In this document: in pieces, positions 1 through 9,200 of the stretch
How positions within the stretch are numbered: position 1 is the stretch's first letter
Layout of the letters: each line of letters begins with the position of its first letter
IMG/VR virus record: IMGVR_UViG_3300017716_002607
Coordinates: 1-58,227 of that record
Length of the DNA stretch: 58,227 nt
Direction: 5' to 3' (one strand)
DNA from: a virus
Taxonomy: Duplodnaviria; Caudoviricetes
Made by a program: the position numbers and the translations under genes
Notes under the pieces: model-generated
Database searches by the model: none
Seen by the model: only the letters and a program-made list of their open reading frames with translations
Told to the model about the DNA's origin: nothing

Positions 1-26
1 CCTACAATTACTATTTTTTTACTCAT
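1..26 (-). CDS. 5' end of probable FAD/NAD-binding oxidoreductase (runs off window)
   Basis: Reads MSKKIVIVG, a typical Rossmann beta-1 start; promoter-like TCGTATATTTA just upstream (48-58). Confidence 0.5.
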
Positions 27-60
27 GTTTATATCTTTTGAACTGTTAAATATACGAAAA

Positions 61-95
61 AGAGATGCGGTCTCAAAAACTGAGGCCACATCTCT
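61..95 (-). terminator. hairpin, possible terminator
   Basis: agagatgcggtctca-aaaac-tgaggccacatctct imperfect inverted repeat; short U-run follows on minus strand. Confidence 0.5.
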
Positions 96-159
96 CTAAA
101 ATTTATCTCTTACGAGCGACTAGGATATGAATCTAGTCTGTATGTTTGGTTTAATTTTT

Positions 160-567
160 TTATGCTGTTATATTCAATTCTTTCATAGCTTGACGTAATG
201 CTAACATAGGTTCTCCAGTCAAATCTTCTATTTTACTTTTTACCAAAATAAGATTTCTTGGTAACTCAGATGGATCTTCATTATTTATAATATCATAAGC
301 ATCATCAACGGACATATTAATACCATATACTTTATATGCTAAACATGCTAATTCCATATCGGCATCCATTATGTTTCCTATATCATTATTAATATAGTCA
401 GGATATGTTTTTTTAATTTCGTTTTTTATTTGATTTACTTCTTCTCTATATCCCGATGGCTTTCTAAAAGTAAAAGGCTCATATGTCTTGTATTTATCTT
501 GATCTTCATTAATAATACCAGCCAATTTTTGTAAACGTTTAGCCTCAGTAATAAATTGTTTTTTCAT
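160..567 (-). CDS. hypothetical protein with MKKQFITEA-RLQKLAGI leader (putative head-internal protein)
   Basis: ORF; leader shared with four genes at 35.5-38.1 kb. Confidence 0.75.
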   Translation of the reverse strand: MKKQFITEAKRLQKLAGIINEDQDKYKTYEPFTFRKPSGYREEVNQIKNEIKKTYPDYINNDIGNIMDADMELACLAYKVYGINMSVDDAYDIINNEDPSELPRNLILVKSKIEDLTGEPMLALRQAMKELNITA

Positions 568-1202
568 AATATTTGTTGGGATTTTAATTTATCTTGTTGG
601 AACTTCATATCTTTAGACATTTTTATAGGGTAATCATCTTTTTCCCATCCTGTTACTTCTATAGGAATATTAGTATACTTTTTTATATCTCTTATAAGAT
701 TATTAATTCGTTCTTTCCTTTTTTCTATTGTACCTGATTTAGGACCACTAATCCATTCAACATCTTTGAAGGCTTTAGTATGACCTAATATTATAATACC
801 TTTTAAATATTTTTTTATATTCTCTATATCTTTATTACTAGAAGTAGCGGGGATTTTAATTCTTTCTTCATATTCAGGCTTAGAGGTTTCAGAAGAATTA
901 AAGGGTTCAAATTTATATTTATTAGAAAGCATATCTCCATCTAAAACAAGAGCTATTTCTACATCAGTATAAAGTTTAGATTTATTAATAAATAAATTTT
1001 TATTACGAGTAAAAGAAACATAATAAAAATTTTGATCATCTCCCATACCACTTCTTGGAAAAGCCATCATTTTATTACTTTTTAAAATATCCAAAAGGGC
1101 ATCAACATCTGTAAAATGATAAAGTGTACCTATTTGTTTACCTTCATTTAGTACATTATTAATTTCTTCCTTAATGAGAAGTTTTAATTCGGATATTTTC
1201 AT
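564..1202 (-). CDS. putative ADP-ribosyltransferase-fold protein with N-terminal leader
   Basis: LYHFT...IL, VSFTR and EYEE motifs in ART order; MKISELKLLIKEEI..LNE leader. Confidence 0.5.
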   Translation of the reverse strand: MKISELKLLIKEEINNVLNEGKQIGTLYHFTDVDALLDILKSNKMMAFPRSGMGDDQNFYYVSFTRNKNLFINKSKLYTDVEIALVLDGDMLSNKYKFEPFNSSETSKPEYEERIKIPATSSNKDIENIKKYLKGIIILGHTKAFKDVEWISGPKSGTIEKRKERINNLIRDIKKYTNIPIEVTGWEKDDYPIKMSKDMKFQQDKLKSQQIL

Positions 1203-1204
1203 TT

Positions 1205-1340
1205 TTATATAATATCGTTGTAAGATAATTCAATTTTATTACCTGTTACAGCTCCGTCTTTATACAATAAGTTTTTAGGTTGTACTGTAGCTCTTAAACC
1301 ACCAGTAGCGCTTCTAGTTGAATCATGTCTGATGTTAGAA
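1205..1340 (-). pseudogene. orphan 3' gene fragment
   Basis: Open frame NIRHDSTRSATGGLRATVQPKNLLYKDGAVTGNKIELSYNDII* with no ATG, filling the intergenic gap. Confidence 0.45.
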
Positions 1341-1982
1341 TTTCTTATTGTTGATTTGAACAATTTTAGCTATAGACTTTCTGAATATGTCATCACTACC
1401 ATCTCTAGTTACAAAAACATTCTTTTTATCAGCTGCTACGTTTTTAGCGTAATAAGTAGTTTTATCATCTTTAAAGAATAAACGAGTACCTTTACCAATA
1501 TCTTCAGGTTTAGCATTTTCATTTATTTGAGGTTCATCTGATTCTGCTATAGCATCAGGGATAATGTATTCGTTTTTACCAATTTTAAGGTTTTTAATAG
1601 TATTAGCATTAACCATTCTATACCCTTTAGCACCCATATCATATACTGTGATGTAATTGAATTCAGCTGGGTCATATGCTAATGTTCCTCCTCTTAAATA
1701 TTTTTTAACACCTAAACGAGCATTCATTACACGCTCACTACCATCTTTTTTAATAAATGTTACTGTAAAGAATTTACCTCCAGTATCAAATATTAATTCT
1801 TTAGCTGTTTCTACATCAATCTCACCTGACGGTTCAGATGGTGTTTCAGCAGGTACCGCTGGTATTTGTGCTAATGGGTCATCAGCTGGTATTCCTTCTG
1901 GTTCTGGTTGTTCGTTTAATAGTCTTGAGTTTCTAGTCATTTTGTTTTCAATAAGAAAACGTTTTAAGTCAAAGTCTTGCAT
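1335..1982 (-). CDS. leader-bearing protein with WYL_2/SH3-like barrel
   Basis: FTVTFIKKDGSERVM...VYDMGAKGYR motif; FDLKRFLIENKMTRNSRLLNE leader. Confidence 0.6.
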   Translation of the reverse strand: MQDFDLKRFLIENKMTRNSRLLNEQPEPEGIPADDPLAQIPAVPAETPSEPSGEIDVETAKELIFDTGGKFFTVTFIKKDGSERVMNARLGVKKYLRGGTLAYDPAEFNYITVYDMGAKGYRMVNANTIKNLKIGKNEYIIPDAIAESDEPQINENAKPEDIGKGTRLFFKDDKTTYYAKNVAADKKNVFVTRDGSDDIFRKSIAKIVQINNKKF

Positions 1983-2861
1983 TTTATTTTTATTTATTGT
2001 TGATTTATTTTTTTAATTTAATGAGTTCATAAAAGCATCATCTAAATCATCTTCAGTATAATCTGTTTCAATATCTTTTCCACTTTTTGAATAAATATAT
2101 CCTATATCATCCATTTCATCCATATCATCATATCCAATAATGAATTTTACTTTTTTTCCTTCTTCTTCATGAAAACCATCAGCTAGACCTTTTTCATCAT
2201 AATTATCTTTATCTTTATAATAAGTAACTACTAAATCAGATTGAGATTCCTGATCAATACCAGATCTCATAAAATTAGTAAAGGAACTTATAGTTCCAGA
2301 TGTTATATCTAAATATAAATCGTCACCTCCTAAATCATCTGGGACTATTGTATTCTTTTGAAAATTTAAGTATTTTACTTCTTCTAGTAAACTGACGAAT
2401 ATTGTATCATCATTCATATATTGATATTTTCGATCATTTTTATAATCTTCCATATCGTCACTTATACTTCTATCCATTACAAATACAACTCCAATTTTAC
2501 CATATAGGTAGTCATTAGAATTATTAAGATCTTGTAAACATGTTTGGATAAATTTGGGACTTTTATTTAAATAACTAATATTATCAGAAATTAAATCTTC
2601 AGTTTCTTCAATTTCTTTTTGGTAAGAAGGATATAAAGGATGATTAATAAATTCATTAATATTTTCTTCAAAATCATTATCGGGATCAAGATTTAGTTCA
2701 TTTAATATTTTATCTTGTATTAATTTTCCTTGTTTTGTTATAAATATTAACCCACCATGATATGAATCCTGCCATAATATAATGTAAGGACTAGAACTTT
2801 CGTTTAATAGTCTTGAGTTTCTAGTCATTTTGTTTTCAATAAGAAAACGTTTTAAGTCAAA
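1911..2861. repeat. 63-bp identical direct repeat (1911-1973 and 2799-2861) encoding a shared leader
   Basis: ttcgtttaatagtcttgag...gttttaagtcaaa present twice. Confidence 0.9.
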
Positions 2862-2870
2862 ATTGTCCAT
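2013..2870 (-). CDS. acidic hypothetical protein with FDLKRFLIEN leader
   Basis: 285 aa ORF; leader DNA identical to downstream gene. Confidence 0.75.
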   Translation of the reverse strand: MDNFDLKRFLIENKMTRNSRLLNESSSPYIILWQDSYHGGLIFITKQGKLIQDKILNELNLDPDNDFEENINEFINHPLYPSYQKEIEETEDLISDNISYLNKSPKFIQTCLQDLNNSNDYLYGKIGVVFVMDRSISDDMEDYKNDRKYQYMNDDTIFVSLLEEVKYLNFQKNTIVPDDLGGDDLYLDITSGTISSFTNFMRSGIDQESQSDLVVTYYKDKDNYDEKGLADGFHEEEGKKVKFIIGYDDMDEMDDIGYIYSKSGKDIETDYTEDDLDDAFMNSLN

Positions 2871-2883
2871 GCAAATATTTTAC

Positions 2884-2893
2884 TATAAATATT
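2884..2893 (-). promoter_or_regulatory. putative late promoter motif ATATTTATA (also near 5247, 14714, 22464, 28622, 31231, 34100, 38093)
   Basis: Recurs about 13-25 nt upstream of start codons of structural and leader-bearing genes. Confidence 0.6.
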
Positions 2894-3672
2894 TACTCTT
2901 TCTCTTCCCCTTCAAACTGTTTAGCAATTATTGCATCATATGTTCTACTAGCAACAGTGTGGTATTTGTAACAATCATTGCATTGCATTTGAACACGTGG
3001 AGTTCCAGCAGCAGAATAACGAGTTTGTGAATGTCTTAAATCAGTTGATCCACATTCAGGACAACATGTTTTTTCTCCTGTCTCTAAAGCACCATAATGT
3101 GTTTTATGTGGTACATAATTTTTAATATGATTATATACTTTTTCAAGTATTACAACATCATTCTTACAATAATCAACCATTGTTGTCATTGCGTCTTTAT
3201 CGTTGTTTAAAACGATGTTTTTCCACAAGTCAAAACCACCTGTTTCAGATTTTTCACCCACACCTAAGTATTGAGCAATATAATCTAAACGATTACTATT
3301 AAATCTAAATTTAGATCTTGCGTGTTTTAAAGTGTCAAGTGTAGTGTAGTTTGGAAAACATGGTATACCATGAAATAAACAACGTGTTCTGATCCAAGGT
3401 AAATCAAATCGATCACCATTATGTCCTACTAATTCATGAGCTTCGTTAGCTACAACCATGAATTTTTCTAACATAGATTTATCGTTTTGATTTTTATCCC
3501 AATGTAAAGAATATACTTTATCATCATCTGCCCATTTATAGCAAATACAGATAATAGCTCTTTCTTTAATTATATTGGTATATGGGACATTTAATTTGTA
3601 TCCTGACTGCCAGAAAAAGCCAATGTTTGGACTTGTTTCGATGTCGAAAAATAATCTTTTCTTTTGATTCAT
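2893..3672 (-). CDS. RNase H-like 3'-5' exonuclease with C-terminal Zn ribbon
   Basis: FFDIET, GHNGDRFD, YCKNDV motifs; CPEC...CNDC. Confidence 0.85.
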   Translation of the reverse strand: MNQKKRLFFDIETSPNIGFFWQSGYKLNVPYTNIIKERAIICICYKWADDDKVYSLHWDKNQNDKSMLEKFMVVANEAHELVGHNGDRFDLPWIRTRCLFHGIPCFPNYTTLDTLKHARSKFRFNSNRLDYIAQYLGVGEKSETGGFDLWKNIVLNNDKDAMTTMVDYCKNDVVILEKVYNHIKNYVPHKTHYGALETGEKTCCPECGSTDLRHSQTRYSAAGTPRVQMQCNDCYKYHTVASRTYDAIIAKQFEGEEKE

Positions 3673-3731
3673 AACGTGATGTTAAATTAGGGGTTAAATA
3701 TAAAAAGGCTCCCTGTGGGAGCCAAATTTAT

Positions 3732-4211
3732 TTATAATTCTTCCGGTTCTACTGGAGGTGTTGATGATTCTCCTTTAGCTGGTGTTAGATTTTGTTGTGC
3801 TAAGTCTTCAGGTGACATGTTAACATTTAGAGGACCATATTGAATTAAGTCAGATAATGATTTGATTGCTCTTTCTCTTTCTTGAAGTGATAACATATCA
3901 TACTTTTTACCAGCTACTTTAACAATAAAGTCTTGTGTATTCCAAATTAAATTAAAATACTGTTTATTAGGTAATATTACTTTAAATGTAGTAGGTCTTG
4001 GAGCAACCCATTGAATATCATCAACAAACAATCTAAATTGCATTGTTAATAATTTTTCTAATGTTTGTCTCAATTGAGGAAAACGTTGAAGCATCAAATT
4101 CATAGGTGAATTTGGATCACCTTGATATGCTTCTTCTGCTGTTTTTCCTAACAGTTGACGAACTCTACCTCTTACGTAATCTTCTAATTCTTGTTTTGAA
4201 TTAAATTCCAT
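3732..4211 (-). CDS. hypothetical phage protein
   Basis: 159 aa ORF abutting upstream gene. Confidence 0.75.
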   Translation of the reverse strand: MEFNSKQELEDYVRGRVRQLLGKTAEEAYQGDPNSPMNLMLQRFPQLRQTLEKLLTMQFRLFVDDIQWVAPRPTTFKVILPNKQYFNLIWNTQDFIVKVAGKKYDMLSLQERERAIKSLSDLIQYGPLNVNMSPEDLAQQNLTPAKGESSTPPVEPEEL

Positions 4212-5233
4212 TATTTACGTTTTATTATGTTTTCTAATTGATAATCAGATGCAGGTCCAGCATATGCTCTTCTCTCACTTTCTAAATCACTTTGCATATT
4301 AATTAATAAACCTAATATTGTGTTTAAATCTTCCTCAATTTTAGGTGATTGTTTTACACCAAAGTCCATCATTTGTTCTACTTTAGATAACGCACCTCCG
4401 ATCATACGGATTGTATTTACTAGTTCTGGTCCTTCCATTTCTTGTAATGAATCAATAGCTGCTACTTTTTCTTCACCATCTAAATAACCATAGGCTGCCT
4501 GTAAATAATCATATGCTTTAATGATTTTAGCTTGCCACCAATGAGGAAAATCTACTTCTCCTCCTATTTTATCATAGTTATCTAACTGCTTGTATAACAT
4601 AGAAGCCATTTTAGCTATTCTATATACATCGCTTTTAAGCATTTTTGGCTCGTCATCTTGGTGACCTACGTCTATATCTTCTTTCATATTTTTAGCAATA
4701 GCTTGTCTTCTTTTTAATAAGTATTTATCAGTTGAATTTACTTTATTATCGTTATTAACATCTTTATCTTCTTGTCCTACTGGGTCTAGTTTTTCATCAA
4801 AGTTAAATTCTTCTTCGTCTGGTAATTCATCGGAATCAAGACCAATTTCTAATTCTGATTTGTCTAGGTCTATTTTTTCAAGACTGTCTATATCCGTTAA
4901 AGCCCATGAATCATCTCCTTCATATTGGAATCCAGCTAAAAATTTAAAATATACCCCAGGGAGTTTAGATGTTTTAAACCATATAGTTCCAAATCCATTT
5001 CCTTCATTGTCCCAATCTTCTACATCTTTTTCAACAAATTCTAATTGATATTCATGACCTTGATAGTTTATAATAGGGTCAAGATCGTTGTTTGTTTCTC
5101 CTTTATAATTAACATTATTAGGATTAAAATTTTTCATCTCCTTTTTAGTAAAAGCAGGTGCATTATCATTTTCTAATAATATAGAATTACGAGTTAATTT
5201 ATTTTCTTTAAGAAATTTAGTTAAGTCAAACAT
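4211..5233 (-). CDS. modular acidic protein with FDL leader (putative head-internal protein)
   Basis: MFDLTKFLKENKLTRNSILLE leader; DVNNDNKVNSTDKYL EF-hand-like loop. Confidence 0.7.
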   Translation of the reverse strand: MFDLTKFLKENKLTRNSILLENDNAPAFTKKEMKNFNPNNVNYKGETNNDLDPIINYQGHEYQLEFVEKDVEDWDNEGNGFGTIWFKTSKLPGVYFKFLAGFQYEGDDSWALTDIDSLEKIDLDKSELEIGLDSDELPDEEEFNFDEKLDPVGQEDKDVNNDNKVNSTDKYLLKRRQAIAKNMKEDIDVGHQDDEPKMLKSDVYRIAKMASMLYKQLDNYDKIGGEVDFPHWWQAKIIKAYDYLQAAYGYLDGEEKVAAIDSLQEMEGPELVNTIRMIGGALSKVEQMMDFGVKQSPKIEEDLNTILGLLINMQSDLESERRAYAGPASDYQLENIIKRK

Positions 5234-5254
5234 AATTTTAATTTATTATAAATA

Positions 5255-6265
5255 TTAATCTAAATCAGATAATCCAGTATCATCTTTTTTAAGATCAACT
5301 ACAATATCACGCATTGAATCACTTGCCCATTTCTTTTGGTCATTAGTTAATTCATTGTTTATAGCGTTTTCTATAAATTCAATAAATTTGTCTTCAGGTA
5401 ATTTATATATTTCGGTAAATAGCAGTTCTCTAACTCTAGGATCATTTATATTACTACCATTATATATGTCTGATATGGCATCATATATAAATTTTCCGTA
5501 TTGGAAATCTCTAGGTTCATTTTCTAATTTATCTACAGCACCTACGATGGCTTGATTTTTTTCTTTATCTGATCCAAATCCTTCAGTACCTACAATCTCA
5601 TATAATCCTTTTACGATTTCATGAACTAACATAGGAAAACAAATAGCTCTAGCTTTAATAACGAATTGATCTTCGTCTTCATCATATACCATTTCGCTTT
5701 CACCTCCAGGCATGTTTTGTTTTTGAGCAATCATTGCTAATAACATAGCAATAGCTTCCTCACTATCATAGATACCAAACGATAATTTTAATATTTCACT
5801 ATATTTGGCTACTAAAGCTTCATCAATAGCATCTAGATAATCTCTAAATAATAAAAATGCAAATGAACCTCTAATAGAGGCACCTTGAGTAATACCGTTT
5901 ATAATACGACGTTTGGCTTGTTGTGCTTCAGGTGGTGCTTGATCTGCTGGGACTTCATCCTCACTTGGTGGTGGGATTTTTATATCTCCCATAGGAACTA
6001 TTTTAGCATCGATTTTAATATTAGCATAATCAATAATAGGGTATGCTTGTGTTACAATATCAGCTGCTAAAAATTCTAATTGATCACGATATCCTTCCTC
6101 AGCTTCAACTAATTCAGGTACTAAACCAGAAGAACGCATTATAGCTTGTTGAAGATTTTTATCTCCTAACATTTGTCTTAATGATTCACCTGACTTACCT
6201 TTTAAGGCAGCCATGGTTTCTGGTTTAAATATTTTTTCGTATTCTACTTCTAACAGTCTAGCCAT
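5255..6265 (-). CDS. hypothetical phage protein
   Basis: 336 aa ORF in operon. Confidence 0.75.
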   Translation of the reverse strand: MARLLEVEYEKIFKPETMAALKGKSGESLRQMLGDKNLQQAIMRSSGLVPELVEAEEGYRDQLEFLAADIVTQAYPIIDYANIKIDAKIVPMGDIKIPPPSEDEVPADQAPPEAQQAKRRIINGITQGASIRGSFAFLLFRDYLDAIDEALVAKYSEILKLSFGIYDSEEAIAMLLAMIAQKQNMPGGESEMVYDEDEDQFVIKARAICFPMLVHEIVKGLYEIVGTEGFGSDKEKNQAIVGAVDKLENEPRDFQYGKFIYDAISDIYNGSNINDPRVRELLFTEIYKLPEDKFIEFIENAINNELTNDQKKWASDSMRDIVVDLKKDDTGLSDLD

Positions 6266-9200
6266 TATTTTTTAGATTTAAAACGTGCTACAATTTGTTT
6301 AATAATTTCTTGCTCATTTTCATTCATCGTTGCTGTTGCTTTAGCAGGAGTTTTTTCTGGCATTTTATCAGGGTTTCCAATTCTACGACGTTTTTTCTCT
6401 TCTTCAGTATCTTTATCGGGAATAGTTTCAGTTTCACGACCAGGTGTTTTCCTTGCTGGTGCTGGTTGGTTTTCTGCTAGTTTTTTCTTAACTGCTTCTC
6501 TAACTAGAGATTTAAATTCGTTTATTCTCATATTTTTATTTTTTATTTTTTTTAAGAATATATCTTTAAACTGTTTAAGTGATTTAGGATTATAATCTCT
6601 TACATTTCCAGTTATTACATCTCTAATAATATTTTCTCGTGATTCACCTTTATATTGTTTGATATAATCAATTAATTTTCTAGCATCTACATTATTATAA
6701 TCAATAAAGTCTTGAGCGCTTTGTTGTCCAGTTTGTAACATAGCATGAATAGCTGCTGCTTCTTGTGATATTTCTTCTTTTAAGTTTTTCATTTGTTCTA
6801 GTAAATTATTGTTTTTTAAAAATGTTGTTAATTCATTAGGTGAGTTTAATAAAAATGCTTTTTGAGAAGTTACAACATAATCTCTATTTCCAGGTTGTAT
6901 TTTAATAGATGCTATTATATCTTGATTTGCATTATTTAATTTAATAAAATATATTCTACTGTAACTAACTTGAAGAACATCTGTTACTTGACCTTTGCCT
7001 GCTAAATACTTATTTCGAGCAAATGCTCCTGTACCTATATCCATAATGTCATTTGAGGCATAACCATTTGTAACATTTAATTTTGCAAAATCCTCTAAAG
7101 GTAAATCAGCAAATCCTTTGCCTAATCCTTTATTAATAAATGCTTTAGGTACATCTACACGGCTTTCTGTTTTACGAGATTCTTTTGATGATAGGGGTTC
7201 TGGTGGATTATTGTTTTTTAAAAATGTTGTTAATTCACGTAGTGAACTTAAAGAATAAGCGTTATTATTTGTTACAACATATTCTCTATTTCCAGGTCGC
7301 ATATTAATTGATGCAATTTGTGTATCATTATCTAATTTAATAAAATATATTCTATTTCGATCTACCCTAATAACATCTGTTACTTTACCTTGTCCAGATA
7401 ATAAATTATCTCTATCTGCTGCTCCCCCATCAAATGTTTTATTTAAAGCAACAGCATTATCAACGTTTAATCTTCTAAAATCCCAGAAAGGTAAATCAGC
7501 AAACCCCTTATCTAATCCTTTATCAACAAATCTTTCAAATACTCTAGATACATCTACATTTTCTATTGGAAATCGACGAGAAAGATCTGGTCTATCTGCT
7601 GGTCTTCCTCTTCTAGGTTCTACTGTATCTGAAGGTAACGTATCTTCTGATAGAGATTTGATTTTTTTCATTTCATCAATCATATGTGGATTTTCCTGTA
7701 AATATAATTTAAACATTGACTTTCTCAAAGCCTCTAGTATATCATTGTTTTGTAAAAAGTTTAATAGTTCACGTGGTGAATTTAAAGAATAAGCATTATT
7801 ATCAGTTACAACATATTCTCTATTTCCAGGTTGTATGTTGATAGATGCTATTCGTGTATCATCATTTAATCGAATAAAGTATATTTTACTTTTACCAATA
7901 CTTACAACATTAGTTACTCGACCTTGTCCTGTTAATCGATTATCTCTAGCAGATGCTCCTCTATCCCCTACTCTAGGTGATGCAACAGCATCCGTAACAT
8001 TTAATCTTCTTTGATCATTTCTAGGTAAATTTCCAAATCCAGTAAGTAAACCTCTTTCAGCAAACGCTTCTCCTACATTAACATTACCTCTTTGTCTTTC
8101 TTGAGGTTGGCGAGGTGCATTTGGTACACCCTGAGGTCTTCCTCTTCCAGGAGCTCTGTTTTGTGGTGCTGCTGGTACTTGTGCTGCTGGTTGGTCTGCT
8201 GCTGGCGCTTCTGGTTCTGCTTGTGGTGCTCTTGCTCCTAGTAAACGTCTAGCAGCATTTGCTGTAATGTTAGCTTTAATTAATTTACCTGTATCATTTG
8301 ATATTTTAGCGCTATTAGATGGGTTTTGAGTATTTATTAGATAATTAATACCACCATTTTCTATGGGAATGTATATATTGGCTTGATCTAAAGGTAAATT
8401 AGGGTTATCTAATATATATTTCTTTTTATTTTTATTTAAATCACTAGGATCTATTTTCATCATATCAAGTAACTGGCTGTCATTAAGTACTTGATTTTGG
8501 TTTTGTAAATAAGAAAAATAAGCATCCAACTCCGCATTAGACATAACCATACGATTGGTTCTTATAGTTTTCCAATTTCCAGAAGTTCCCCAACTTGATC
8601 TAGCATATGGAATATTATTTCCAGATACATTTTGAATAGAATCAAAAGCAGTAAATATTATTGGATCATTTCCATCTGTAGTTAAAAATACTAAAGGTAT
8701 GTCTGAATATGCTGTAGGAAATGTTCTATCAGGATATGAGGTTGAATTGATTAAAGAGATTAAACTTTCTCTGTCCATAGAGTTAGGAATGTCTTTTCTA
8801 TCTCTAAATAGATTATTTAATACTCCTTGTTGAAATTCTTGATTGTCTTCTTCTCCATTAAATATAGCTTGTACTTCTTCATCATTAAAAGGTATTTGGG
8901 ATACATCTTCACCTTGTAATCTATAAGCTATTAAAGAATTACCGTCTATTATTATAGTACCGTTTTCTGTATCTTTAGCAACTATAGTAGATTCGGGATT
9001 ATTTTTAGCTTTTGTTAGTATTTGATTTAAAACATTTTTATTTATTATATTTTTAGAAATTAAATCTAATAAAGTTTTAAAAGGTATTTTATCTAAATCA
9101 GGATAATCTAAAAGATATTTTGATGTTCTTTGATTTAGTTTAATATTAGGATAATCATCTTCTTCTGTAAATAAACTAATTCTGATGTCATCATCGTTTA

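Noticed and set aside
2884-2891. Canonical T4 late promoter TATAAATA driving + strand genes
   Set aside because: No credible + strand genes downstream; position tracks minus-strand start codons
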